This document shows positions 11,381 through 24,600 of a stretch of DNA of 64,000 bases, in pieces. Numbering within the stretch: position 1 is the stretch's first letter; every line of letters begins with the position of its first letter. The notes under the pieces were generated by a model. The model did not search any database, was not told the DNA's origin, and saw only the letters and a program-made list of their open reading frames with translations. This DNA is from Felis catus. Taxonomy: Eukaryota. The stretch lies in contig NC_058368.1 of the NCBI RefSeq assembly GCF_018350175.1, positions 181,538,001 through 181,602,000 on the forward strand. The letters run 5' to 3'. The position numbers and the translations under genes were made by a program.

Positions 11381-14300
11381 CTTGTTACCATCACTATGTT
11401 TATGTGTTATTTATAAATGGCATTTTCAGTCTTTCTTGCACTTTCCTATCTTAGTGTAAGGTGCTATATAAATGCTAACTATTGTTTGTATTTAACAAGC
11501 CTCATCCAGAGGAAAAATGTATACCTTGATTTCTACAGTAAGGACAAAAAAAAAAAAAAAAAAAAAAAAAAGCTGAAAGGAAATTGCCTATTCTGGGTTA
11601 CAACACATAAACTTGACTTTTTCAACCTTGCATTCTCCTCCTTGCTTTCTGGTTCAACACTGTGTTCAGAGCCAAAAATTCATTTTCTTGGATATCTTCA
11701 AAAGGTATGTTTCAACAACAGGAATTAGTATAATTCTTGAAAACACCAAGTAATCTGGGGTTTTTTTAGTAAGTTTTGTGTGCACAGGTTGAGTGGCCAG
11801 AAATGGGTCTAAAAATACCCTATTTTCCTGAACGTGGAGATTTCAAAGGCATATGTGCTTCTGGGAAAAATAAACGTGAGAAAGCTTTGTCCTTTTAGAA
11901 GACAAAAAGAAAATGCAAAATCGCCTTTAATGTGTAAAATGAGATGGGTACTTAATAATTAATTTACTATATTAGTTGTAGTAAATTAATTATATTGGTA
12001 CATTTCCATTTCTGAAACCTGTGTCTGAAATATGTCTTAAAAATTCAGTAACTGGCCATTTTTTCTTTTATGGTTCAGATGGCTCATATTGCTGATTCTG
12101 CAACTTAGCGTGCTTGGATACGAGCCACTTACATATAAAATACATATATTACAAAATCATAGAATCTGAAGGCTGGCAAAATCTTTAAAATAAGCTACTG
12201 ATCCCTTATTTTGAGAGTAAAGAATGTCCCTTAACTGGAAAACCAAACAGCTGGGTCTATAAATAATAAGAAACCTAAATACGGTGTATTTAATCAACAA
12301 ATAACTGCTGAGTAAGAAGCACTGGTTTGAGTCTGGGTAAAGAGTTGTATTCAAAAACAATAAGACCACGTTAATGATCAAAATTAAGAAAGACATTAAT
12401 TGACAAGGAAGATGTTTAACAACATGTTATTAGGTCTTTACTATGTAAATAAATATTCTCCAAAAGGGCAACTTCAATTCAAACACCTGTTTACTAACAA
12501 AAATTATACCTATCAGGTTTGCATGCCAGGAAATTGAAGGGAGATGATTTCCTAAAAACTGTATAGCAAGTAAGAGGTAGAGTCAGGACCACGATAAATA
12601 TCAGTTATATGGAGCTGAATGCATCATCAAAACAGCATCATTTTCATGCTTGACCTTTCATACCATCACCTCTAATCATGTGTATGAATGTGAGGTATCA
12701 AATAGACAACAATGAGGGATGATTTACAGCACATCACAGTGAAAAATACCATAATGGGCCTTTAAATGCAACCTTGCCTAAGTTGTATAAATAATGTTAG
12801 TTCTCCTTGCTTGAATTTCCAGTAAAGAAAAAAAAGGACAGAAACAAAGACCTAATGGGAGGTAAGTTAAAAAAAAAAAAAGGGGGGGGAGGGGGACATT
12901 TTGCCATCAGAATCTCTTCCTGAGTTTAAACAAAATGTTAATATTGTCAAAATTAGGTATAAATATTTTAAATGCATCCATATTAATGGAAATACACACA
13001 TTTCATAATATCTCCCTCAAATAATTTTGACCTCAAAATAGCATAAGGCTGTCATTATTATTATTAAATTTGGGGATGATTTCCTTGTAAAAGCAACAGA
13101 GGAAAAATGGAATCATAGATTACCACGTGTCTGAAATATTATGAACATAGGAAATGGGTAGACTTGTATGAAAACTCCTTTTATTTGCATACCTCCACTT
13201 AAAAATATAAGAAGATACTTCTCTGACAATTTATTTGGTGACAGAGTAAAAAAGCAAATGGAAAATTAGAAGTTCTGCATTCTTTTAAATTTAGGAATGT
13301 TCTAAAGTTGTAAAAACAATAAAGAACATAAAAGTTTAGAAAATATTTTAGAAAGATTTCTAAAGTCTTTTTGTAAAGAACAGGTTTTTTTATTCACTGT
13401 TACAAAATAGTGTAGTAGAAAATGGAAGGAAAAAATCAGAATGAAGCTCAAAATTAAAATACAACACAATTCAAAGAGTACTTTTAAAAAGCAACAAGAG
13501 TCTTTCAAGAAAATAAGAAAGATTTATGTAATGTTTAATGGATGCATTGAACTGCTGTAGCAGCCTATTTGGAGAATAATTTCACATTCACTCAAATGAA
13601 TTTAGAAAAAAAATCATTATAAATATAGAGATATTAGAAGAATTTTCTCCCATGCAGGAATTCTTTTTTTTTTCCCCAATTTAAATCAACATCACAAGCA
13701 ATGCTGTTTTCTGGATGGAAAATCTAAGCATCCAAATAGCAAATGCTATAATAATGTTTTACTGAAATGTTTTGCTACTTTATTTAAATTTTGTTAAGAA
13801 AGCAAATTGCACCTACATACTAAATTTGATAGGGGTTATTAGTTATCAGAAATTACAGAATCTTCCTTAATTTAACTCACATTATGAGTGAAATCTCAAG
13901 ATGTGCTACTTAAAATAACCTTTTTTTTTGGAGAAATATACAGAGACTACCCATACATAGTACCTAGACATGAAGAGTAAAGAGAAGTGTTTTAATTCTA
14001 AGTCCCTTCTGAAGAAATCTAAGATTTTAGGCAAAATGCAGTAATATAGATTTTTCTGAATGCATAACAAGACAAAAAACTGCAAGAGATGAAAATTATT
14101 GTATGTTGTATGTTGCTGTTTTGCAATGAAAAATTACTCACTGTGTTTGTCCATCACTCCACCAAAACCAATGTATCTCACAACTTTTACTATACATAGA
14201 ATTGACTATATAGGATTTTAATGTTTCCATTAACATATTCATATGCAAAAGTAGGAAGGCATTTATATATTTTGTCCCATACAGTAATATTTCTTTCACC

Positions 14301-14387
14301 CATGTTGAGCCAAAGACACACACAGACCTTTTCTGCTTCACAATGTTATATCAGTTACCTATGTTAACCTGAAGGTAGGATATGTGG

Positions 14388-14388
<1 letters not shown>

Positions 14389-14431
<43 letters not shown>

Positions 14432-14469
14432 CACACACTTGTACACACACATGCACACATGCACACACA
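14389..14469. repeat. (CA)n microsatellite with degenerate tail
   Basis: Seen directly. Confidence 0.97.
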
Positions 14470-17400
14470 AATTAGCTGCTCCCTAGAAAACCCAGAGAAA
14501 TCGAGAAAAATCAAAGATTTAAAAATACAAATGTCCCTGCTGTTTTAAAAGAAAGAATGAAAGGAAGGAAGGAAAAGGGGAAATTAGGAGGGAGGAAGGA
14601 AAATTCATTATGATAAGGAACAGAGAAGAGTAAAGGGCTAACAATAGAGTTGTTTCTAATAACATTGACAGTCTCATTTCAGGGAAAATCAGGCCAACTG
14701 GTTCAGCATTTTTGCTGTCATAGGTTCTAAAATACTATTGCTGTTGTCCGCAAACTTCCTACAAAATCTTCTAGGAAAACCATTGCTCACATGCAGCCCG
14801 TGGTTATTTCCAGCCACTCTCTCTGCCGATCTGCTTGAAGACTCTCCTCACGCATCTAAGAAATCCAAAGGCTGAGGAAATGAAACACGTGCTGACAGCA
14901 ACACTCAACCAGCCTGCAGGTAACTGGGCATGTCGGACTTAGGCGAGTTATTTCTCCAGAGGCCGTGAAGAGGAGCCAAGGAAAGGAAGGGGCAGAGGAT
15001 TTGTAGATAAGCATTTAATCTTAGGAGAGCCACGGAAGAGGGAAAGGTGGGGAGAAACAGTGAAAGCATCCTGTCAAATGGTACCAAAGTTGACAGCATT
15101 CTCAACCCTGCCATCTATGAGAATCCCTCACGTCTGCTCTGTTGTCTTGTCCTTCACTCCTGTTCTCCCATCTGGGAAGAACATCATCTTCATTATTTGA
15201 AAAACTTCTTCATGAAGCTGCTATCAGGGCATTCAAGCTTCAACTCCGTGCCCCAACCATAGGGGAACCAACTCTCCTGGTCTGTCCAGGACACTGGAGC
15301 TGCCTGGCACCTGGGACTCTCAGTGCTGAAGCCAGAAGTGTCATGGAAAAACTGGGTGGCAGGGTGGTCAGCCTACTTAACCATTCATTTCTTCTCTTGT
15401 GCTCAGGTCCCAATAGTCACACAGACATTCTTAACTAAATCAGGGCAAGAAGTAAGAAGCAATCAAAAGTGACGTTCTAAGTATATAACCAGAAGTTCAG
15501 GGAGGCCTCGGGAAGCCTATGCCATCAATAAGCCTTATTTACTAAAGGGGAAAAAAAAAAAAAAAAAGCCTGCAGCGTTTAAATCCTATGGTAACTGTTA
15601 ATCCTCTCCAGAAAAAATAAATAAATAAAATAAAAAAGAATGCAGCTGATAAATTACTTAACCGAAAACGTAATGCTCAAAGCAGTAACCACAATGCAAT
15701 AATTATTGGACTTGATTAAACATAAAAATAAATCTGTCTTTTACTTCTCTCTCATCCCATTAGTACGTACAATGAAAAGAAAAGCCTTTTTAAAAGGTAC
15801 CTCATGGCCAATTTTTCCCCCTTAATTCTGCATTGTAACAAACAAAGGTAAAATCAAAAATCATGCAAGCAAAATATAAGCTTTTCCCCATTATCCTTAG
15901 AAAGGTGACAGTGCCGATTAAAAACATGTTCCCATGAAGCTCTCAGCATATGCTTTTTTTTTTTTAACTCCTTGATAGTGGAATGCCTTATTAAGAGGAA
16001 AAGAATCACAAAGTATATGGCTTATAAATCATTGATATTTCTGGCAAACTCAATCTATTGGTCTCATTTGAAATGTACAGAACCTCTCCCAACCTCATTG
16101 ACATAATGTTGCCTGTTCAAATGCCTGAGACTAAAATAACCACTTAATATCTAAAAATGAATGCTAACAGTATTGCTTTTCTAAAAGCAACAAGAAAAAG
16201 TTAGATTATTCAACAAAACATAGTCAAATTTGAGTTATTTCTGCTCTAAATGGAAAACTGTGGCCATATTTTATACGCATGTGTGCAAGTCTCAATGTGA
16301 CTTTTTTTCCCTCTGTTGAGATACTTGACTTTGATTTTATTTTTATCATTTACGCTCTGAAATGCCAACACCACGCCATTCCTACAAAACACACTTTTAT
16401 CCATTTTTTTTAAGTCTGCGTTCAAGTTAGAAAGTAAGTCATATCTCCAGATCTCGTTTTGTAAAGGTTGTACTCGCCACAGGCTTAACACAACGGTTGG
16501 AGACAGTGTGGAAGGGATCGATAAAGTAGTATTACCCTTTGTGATGGTGAGTCTCTGCAGGACATTTCGGCTTAACTCTGCTGTCTGCGCTAACACTCCA
16601 TCCTTACCCACTGGGAGAGTGCACTAAAGCACAGCTACGGACCAAGGGCTCCAACGAGGATGAGAAACTCACTTCCTTCCCCTTGTTCTGGAGCTACTTT
16701 AATAAAGCTGGAGAAAATCTGGATGCCGTAAGAAAGAGTTTCAAATTTGAAAGACAAATGTATAAACACCCTGAAGTCTGAGGGCATAGGCCTTGACATT
16801 CAGACAGGTATATGCATCATTCGGGAAGTTTCACTTTGGCAGGAGGCCTATCAATGCAGCAATTCTTCAACCTCAACATGTCACTTGTGATTTGAAAAAG
16901 CTAACTACTGTGGTTGCAGGGAGGCAACAGTGCGATGTAATGAGCTTATATTAATTGCCTCCTTCACTTGCCAAGTGGACTTAGGGAAAAATATATTAAA
17001 TTTGCCTCCAAATGAAATGTTTATAATTTTTCATTTGTCACTGTAAGAGTGAAATTACAACTCTATGGTTATGAATGCTGTAAGGTGTAAGGATATGATC
17101 ACACTCTTCCCATTCACGTTAACAAAGAGTAGCTACCGCTCTGCAGGCCGGAGACTTGGAGGCTTTCATGCTGTACAACGTAGATCTGCTATAGTTCTTT
17201 TTTATTTTTATTTTTTTCCCCTAATAAGTGTTCTGAGAGTTTCATTTAATTCAATAGACCTCACTTTTTTATTCTGGCAAAATGAGTGATAAGTAATACA
17301 AATTCACATGTATGGCCTTGTGACGCTACAACTAACCTCAATCCTTTTCTGTGCCCCAGTGATCTTTCAGGCCACATTTTAACTATTTTCTCTGATACAA

Positions 17401-18465
17401 ATATGGGCAGGTGCCTGTCACGTGTATTCCCTCACATCAAATACTCCTCCCATCAGACATGAACTCTTCTCTGAGCCTTGATATCCATCCTAGTTCCTAA
17501 GATAAAAACCAAGTCTCTTCTCAATCTATTGTACATTTTCATAACTGACCCAAACAATGACAGACACCGTACTCTAGAATGAATGCAAGTGAGTAAAGGA
17601 AATTCTGCAGAGAACTTTACTTCCTGCCTCCTTAAGTAAATTAACTTCAAGGGATTTAAAACCAGCTTAAATATGACATTTTCAAAACCAAACAACTGGA
17701 GGAACCCTTCTCCATTCTAGAAGAAGAGAGGTAGGTTTTAGATTTTGGTATAATTACCTATTTCCCGTACTAGTTGGTAGTGGCTCCCCTGTGTTCTAAT
17801 ATTTGATAACTTATATTTACACTTTTCTCAAATGATACTGTGATAGATAACTACCATCCATTCAGCATAAAATCCATTCATTAAATCTTATAGGCTGCCA
17901 GATGAAAAAAAAAAAAAAAAAAACAGAGAAAAGAGATCTTTGACTTCATCATGCGGAACAAATTTATTTCCCCTTTGTCTCAACTTCTCCTGCCTGGACT
18001 ACACCTGGCTGTTACTTTTATAACTTAAAGTGCCATTAACATGATTAATGAGAGCAACAGCTGCCCCGAGCCAACACCCTCAGCAATACTGAGAACTTGC
18101 AAAAGCGTGCAGGCTGCAGTTTCTCTTTACCATGTCCCAGATAAAATTGTGAGGTTGAGCTACCTACAGTCTCCAAAAGTGACAGGGGAAGTATTAAAAA
18201 TATATTCCCCCATCAAGATCATGCCACAGGGATCACACAGAGACTACTTCCTTTTTCCATTCTGATAGCTATTATTCTCCCCTACTTATTAAATTGATAT
18301 CTTTTGTATGGTTTTCGGAAAATATAAAACTATGTGTAAGGCACCTTACATAGAAGATACAATTGTAAGAGTAAGGCTTGCCCTCAAAGAACATAAAATC
18401 TGACGGAGAAGAGAAGTCAAACATACGAATGATTATAATTGGTAACTTCAGAGAACAGAGGTTTT

Positions 18466-18689
18466 TTTTTTTTTAATTTTTTTTTTCAATGTTTATTTAT
18501 TTTTGGGACAGAGAGAGACAGAGCATGAACGTGGGAGGGGCAGAGAGAGAGGAAGACACAGAATCGGAAACAGGCTCCAGGCTCTGAGCCATCAGCCCAG
18601 AGCCCGACGCGGGGCTCGAACCCACGGACCGCGAGATCGTGACCTGGCTGAAGTCGGACGCTTAACCGACTGCGCCACCCAGGCGCCCC
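18466..18689 (-). mobile_element. Young feline SINEC_Fc
   Basis: CpG-rich near-consensus body; perfect 16-bp TSD agagaacagaggtttt (18450-18465, 18690-18705) at a TTTT/AA site. Confidence 0.98.
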
Positions 18690-19105
18690 AGAGAACAGAG
18701 GTTTTAAAGTCAGATAAGCATGGAAACCTGTGCTATTTTGGAAGCATCGGGCTAACTTGGATTTCTGAGTGACAATGTACTTACCTTTCAAAGCTGGTTG
18801 AGGAATAAACGAAATCCAACTGTAAACCCTCTGATCCAGTGCTCCAAAATAATATATATTTAACAAATAGTCCCTATTTTTAATAAAGTTATTACAATGC
18901 ACAGGCCAGTGAGGTAGAATACTAAAATGACAGAGAAAGTTTCAAAGACGTTGGGAGGTAGAGGATGGCCCTACCTGGCTGGTAGCTCAAGGAAGATAAC
19001 ACAGAAGGTAAAGGGCTATGTTTAGTCATAAACACATTTGGTAAATAGAATGGGGTGGGGAGAGTCTCAGGGGAGAAAAATAGGCACATTAAAAAATACA
19101 TGCTT

Positions 19106-19323
19106 GGGGCGCCTGGGTGGCGCAGTCGGTTAAGCGTCCGACTTCAGCCAGGTCACGATCTCGCGGTCCCGGAGTTCGAGCCCCGCGTCAGGCTCTCTGG
19201 GCTGATGGCTCAGAGCCTGGAGCCTGTTTCCCATTCTGTGTCTCCCTCTCTCTCTGCCCCTCCCCCGTTCATGCTCTGTCTCTCTCTGTCCGAAAAATAA
19301 ATAAACGTTGAAAAAAAATTTAA
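19106..19323 (+). mobile_element. Young feline SINEC_Fc
   Basis: ggggcgcctgggtggcgcagtcggttaagcgtccg head; perfect TSD aaaaaatacatgctt (19091-19105, 19324-19338). Confidence 0.98.
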
Positions 19324-19340
19324 AAAAAATACATGCTTTA

Positions 19341-19566
19341 GGGGCTCCTGGGTGGCTCAGTCAGTTCAGTGTCCGACTTCGGCCTCGGCCATGATCTCAC
19401 CGTTCCCGAGTTCAAGCCCTGTGTTGGGCTCTGTGCTGACAGCTCAGAGCCTGGAGCCTGCTTCGGATTCTGTCTGCCTCTCTCTCTGCCCCTCTCTGGC
19501 TCATGCTCTGTGTGTCTGTCTGTCTCTCTCTCTCACTCTCAAAAATAAATAAACATTAAAAAATTT
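19341..19566 (+). mobile_element. Can-SINE, intermediate age (SINEC_Fc2-like)
   Basis: Full head, body and tail; followed by the variant TSD aaaaatacaattgcttta. Confidence 0.96.
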
Positions 19567-19584
19567 AAAAATACAATTGCTTTA

Positions 19585-19748
19585 GGGGCGTCTGGGTGGC
19601 TCAGGGGGTTAAGCGTATGACTCTTGATTTCTGCTCAGGTCATGATCTCATGGTTCATGAGTTCAAGATCTGTACCAGGCTCTGTGCTGACAGCGTGGAG
19701 CCTGCTTGGGATTTTCTGTCTCCCTTTCTCTGCCCCTCCCCCACTTGT

Positions 19749-19792
<44 letters not shown>

Positions 19793-19824
19793 CTCCTCTC
19801 TCAAAACATAAATTTAAAAAAAAA
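19585..19824 (+). mobile_element. Can-SINE, older subfamily (SINEC_Fc3-like)
   Basis: gactcttgatttctgctcaggtcatgatc...gagcctgcttgggatt diagnostic; long (CT)n. Confidence 0.95.
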
Positions 19825-19854
19825 CTATATTATTCTACGTTCTACATCTACATT

Positions 19855-19872
19855 GTTTGTTTGTTTGTTTGT

Positions 19873-19919
<47 letters not shown>

Positions 19920-20070
19920 TTTTTGAGAGAGAGAAAGAGAAACAGAGAAAGGGAGAATCTTAAACAGATTCCATGCTCCAGTGCAAGGCTTGATCTCACA
20001 ACCCTAAGATCATGACCTGATCTGAAATCAAGAGTCTGACACTCAACCTACTGAGCTACCCAGACACTCC
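19855..20070 (-). mobile_element. Old Can-SINE with (TTTA)n/(TTTG)n tail
   Basis: Reverse head ...ctgagctacccagacactcc; TSD tctacatt (19847-19854, 20071-20078). Confidence 0.92.
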
Positions 20071-21620
20071 TCTACATTTTAGGTTAATGTCAAGTACCCA
20101 CAAAAAACGTTCTAGAAGATCAGCTTGGGAAAATAGGAGAAAGCCTCATTTAGGGGATATCACTGAAGAATTACTCTTTATTTGAATGAGGATCTCTGAA
20201 TATTTTAGATATTTACCAGATCTTTAGAAAGCAATCTGGTAACTTTGTGCACGAGTTTTGAATTGGGAGAGATCTCAAACAAGGAGGTAGGACCCCGGTG
20301 ATAGTTTAAGCTTGAGGAAACAGGGGCCTTTAATCAGAATAATGACAGAATAATAAAAAAAATGACAGAGAGGAGAAACACTTAAGTTGTAGAAAACAAA
20401 AGACTTGGCAATTAACTGGATGTGGGATAAAACAGAGGGAAGGAAAATAAAAAGTACATGCATTTCAAGAGGGGACATCTGAGAATGTGACAAAATGTTA
20501 AACAGAAAAGAGTCATCAGTGTTGGAGATGTTATTAGCTTTCAGATCACATAGGTTAGCTTTGCTCTCAGGAAATTTGTTACATTGTTGAAAATTTGAAA
20601 AGCAAATTATCCTACCACTGGCCCTCTGAAAATTAAATTACTGATAATATGAACTTCCAAATAAGTATAATATCTTTGATAATATGCTTCAGGGTATCTT
20701 TAGAATCTAAGACACAGGGGAACTATTTTTTAAAAAAATAAACAAAACAAACCCCACTTTTTTTTAATTGAAAAAGGATGAATGCATTTATCCTTAAACC
20801 TATCTTAAAACAAAGCAACAGGGCATCTGCAATATTTATACTGGGTACAAAATGAAACCTTGTCACATGTTAGTTTTATTTACTAACCATTTTTCATCAG
20901 GATTTCATGAAACAAGGTCTGGATTTAACAGTACTAACAATGTGTCAAAACAGCAGTGTGGGAAGTGAGGGCACTAGGGAGTACCCCAAAACAAATCCAC
21001 CCGATAAGAGGAAGCATTTGCTTCATGTGACAGAGAAAATTAAATCATCATGCCTACATAAGTACATAAGAATAAGCCCAAGTTGAAGGTGGCATTAATC
21101 TCAATCACTGTTTATTTGTGGGTGTTTAGACATATTACATGCAGGGTATGTTTCCATTATTGTTGTTTTGAATGGAGCATGCAGCATTTCATTGTGAGGA
21201 AACCAGGGAAAGAATTTTCTCAGTTGCAGAACTCTAGTAACAAAGGAAAGAAAAAAAAAAAAAAAACTACAAAACTCAGTTCACTTTATAGCCTTGCATG
21301 CTTAGCTCTGTATTTATTTCAAAGGATGGAGAAAAGAAATCAAGAATAAACCATTCCCTCAAAATGTTATTAATAACAGAATTTCTTTACCTTATTATAC
21401 ATTTTATGTTTTAAAAAATCACACATGGATCATTAAAAAAGATTAAGATATGTCTGAAAAGAATTTCAGTGAAAAAGTGGTTAACATTTATCATAGTTTT
21501 TCAAAACAAAATTGAATTCTACTTTATCTGAAAACTTTCCAATGCAATATTACTTTTTCTTACATATACAGCCTGCAACTTACCTAGGGCACTATTTATC
21601 ATTTGGACAACTTAATCACG

Positions 21621-21621
<1 letters not shown>

Positions 21622-21667
<46 letters not shown>
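21622..21667. repeat. (CA)n microsatellite
   Basis: Seen directly. Confidence 0.98.
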
Positions 21668-21670
<3 letters not shown>

Positions 21671-22624
21671 ACCTTGAGACAAACGACAAATTCTCTCTTG
21701 GGAAACTCAAAACTGTATTAAAATGATAAGTAGAAAGTCTTCACTCTTCCTTCACTAACTTAGGTAGACGAGTGTGATATACACACACCAAAAAAATCAA
21801 GGTTCCAACATGCTCCTGGTCATAATAATCATCTTTGCTTCCTCCAGTCCACAAAGTTTGTTCATTTTTACAAAGATATTATAAGCTGTGATGGAAAAAT
21901 CAGTACCCAGAGGAGTCTTCCAATTATCCACACAGGTAGCCTAGCCCATGTGGAACCCCCAATAGGTATGGGTCAGGATTTAAGGATTCAAAATAATCAT
22001 TGCAAAGGAAGTGCTTGAATGAGTAATTTCTCTTTGGTATTCTATCCACCTATGGTAGTAAACCAGAGAGAAAGGAAGCAGAAATTTGGGTCTTACAAAT
22101 GTAGCAATAACACTGTAAGTGATAAAATTCAGGTTTGTCAATTGTTTTATGTAGGTGGTACACAGATTCTACAAAAACACTTTCCAAACTACCAGCAATC
22201 ACACCTCACAAGTATCTCTGTCAAAACAGTATATGTGCCACCTGCTATAAATATTCACACTTCTGAAATCTGGGCCCCACATCATAGACAATAAGCCAAA
22301 AAGAAATCTATTTCCATAGGTAACATGTATACTTTAGGTGCCTTTTGTATACAGAGATTGAGGCAAGGGATGTGGTCAGAAGGAGAAATACATCATATCT
22401 TTAGATTCTGCTCTAGATTTTGGTTGAATTCAGGAATGAATCCACAAACTACCCATAAAATAAAATCATACAGGAAATAAAGAGACTTTCTTAAAAAGAA
22501 AGAAAGGATTTATCTTAAAAATATCCAAAATTAAAAACTGAAGGCTAGAAACATTAGTAGTTTCTGCCTTCAAACCACCACTGTCCTATCTAGGAGGCAG
22601 TCCGAGTTTTAACATTAGTCACAA

Positions 22625-22830
22625 ACTAGTAACTGCACTGTCAGCCCCAGTCTAGGTGTGAGTCCTAGTTCCACTACAGCTAGATGAGTGGTCTTAAGCA
22701 AAATCACCCTTCACTGAGCCTCAGGATCCAAACCCGTAAATGCAAAAACAAGGAGTACTGTTGTTAGAAGTTTAAATGAAATACTCTACATTGAACTTAG
22801 CACAACCTATAATACATAACATCACATAAA
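22625..22830 (+). mobile_element. MIR relic
   Basis: gtgtgagtcctagttccactac...gtcttaagcaaaatcacccttcactgagcctcag MIR core. Confidence 0.65.
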
Positions 22831-23205
22831 TTCCTAGATATAAGGTGCACTTTTCTCAAATGTCCTTAGAAAACATCTCCCCTTTTAATATTTATGTTCT
22901 GGTATCTTTTATCAATGCTCTAGATTGGACTATATATTCCAGTATGGTATACTGTTCTCAATTGTTGAGCTACTATGATTTTTGAGTGCCTGTTTTGTAA
23001 TGTTGTTAAATATTTTGAATATCACTCCTGTTGTCTGGAGAAGATATGCTAGCTTGTGACTTCACCCAATGTTCATTTGGATGCTGTGGAGGTTAACTTG
23101 TCAAAATGGAGATGACAACATTTAATGATGATTTTGTAATAATTCCCTGGGGTATGACATTACAATTCTAAGTGCTAAATGAAATATGCCCTCTTAAAGA
23201 TCCTC

Positions 23206-23697
23206 TGCTAGTTTATCTTTGCTTGTTCCCCATATCCATCTTCTACTTTTCCCTGCTCTGCTTTGGAGGCTAGGAAAATAAACTCTAGAACTGCCTACTC
23301 CTACCTTATTGAATTCAGCCAATGGGAGGCAAGAGTAAGATTTCAGACAGAAGCCCAGGGTATTTCTTCCCATTCTGCCTTCCCTCTCTCTGCTTCCCTT
23401 AAGTCTTCATGGTCCTGAAATTGGATGTGTTCTTCTTCAGCTACACTTCTACTGAGTAGCCCCTCCTTCATAGCTCCAGCTTACAGAGAGGCTCAGATAG
23501 CATGGTTTCCCTCACTTGTCCCATGCCTGGGGTAGCAATGACTGCCCCCATAGTTGCTCTCCACTGGGTGCTTTACCATTCTGTACCAATTCCCTTAAGC
23601 CCACCTAAACCTTCATACATACTTCCTTTATGAACTTCTCCTTACTGAAACCTTTAGAGTGTGCCATCTGTTTCCTATTAGGCTCCTACCTGACAGA
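23206..23697 (+). mobile_element. ERVL solo LTR (LTR33A-like)
   Basis: cagccaatgggaggc...gggtatttcttccc...gagtgtgccatctgtttcct match the recalled LTR33A. Confidence 0.7.
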
Positions 23698-23739
23698 ATT
23701 ACTTTAAAAAGCATTATTAGAGTGACTAGGTATGTTGTG

Positions 23740-24600
23740 GAGATCATACACATAGGCAGGCCATCGAGGTTCCACTGAGAAAATGACAACTGAGGCTTGA
23801 AGGAGGCAAGAGTGAGTCATGCAGCTACTAGAGAGAATAATTATACAGTAAAACGTTGGATTGCAAGTAACTTGTTCTGCAAGTAGTTCACAAGACGAGC
23901 AACCATTTCTAATAAAATTTAACTTGATAAACAAGTGATGTCTTGCAATGCATGTAGTACATGATGCCAAATGTCACATGATCACAGCTGTGCCAATGGT
24001 TCTTGAAATTTGCTTTGATATGCAAGTGCTTTGGATTACAAGCATGTATCCGGAACAAATTATGCTCTCCAACCAAGGTTTTCCTGTACAGTGATAGTGA
24101 ATAGCAAGCTCAAAGGTTTGGAATTTTCAAGGCAGGGAAGGAAACTGGTGTAACTAGGACAGAGTTGAAGGGGCAACGGCTCTTGGCATGTAAAGCATTA
24201 GACACATGGGCCGGCATGAGATCACCCAGATATGGAATGTTAGAAAAAGAAGATAGGAGGGCTCAGGAAGGAGCTACAGAGCTGTAGAGGGGAAGAAATT
24301 GACCAGCAACCAGCAAAGGATACTGAGAAGGAGAAACCAACGTGGTATAAGTAGAACAAGAAAGAAGAGTATCCAAGAAGTCAAATAAAAAATGAATTTT
24401 AAGGAGGTTTAATTGTGTGAAATCCTGGAGTAGATCAAGTAAAATGAGAAGAGACTACTAGGTTTAGCCATTTGGTTCATTGTTGACCTTGACGAAGGCT
24501 GCTTTGGGAAAGTGGTTGGAAACACAAATCAAACTGAAGTGGCTCAAAAGAAAACAAACGAGAGATATGGGTCAATTCTTTGGAGAATAAATTCAAAACA
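23740..24600 (-). mobile_element. L2 LINE relic, interrupted by a Tigger MITE
   Basis: atgagatcacccaga, tcaagtaaaatgagaagagactacta, ggttcattgttgaccttgacga are typical reverse L2 motifs. Confidence 0.6.
23846..24086. mobile_element. Carnivore Tigger-type (Tc1/mariner) MITE, Tigger2a_Car-like
   Basis: TIRs cagtaaaacgttgg / ccaaggttttcctg, flanked by TA on both sides. Confidence 0.85.

Noticed and set aside
11147..11728. Lys-rich ORFs
   Set aside because: Produced by A tracts; no upstream polyadenylation signal or TSD to indicate a retrocopy
16246..16611. 121-aa minus-strand ORF in a mildly CpG-richer patch
   Set aside because: Non-ATG start, no recognisable domain, weak splice context
19091..19830. 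Short direct repeats separated by ~230-bp 'spacers' (array-like)
   Set aside because: Not CRISPR: eukaryotic DNA, the spacers are SINEs and the repeats are target-site duplications
18486..19926. ORFs such as GAPGWRSRLSVRLQPGHDL and MAQSVKRPTSA (also at 26275, 54610, 56659, 62234)
   Set aside because: Translations of Can-SINE sequence, not genes
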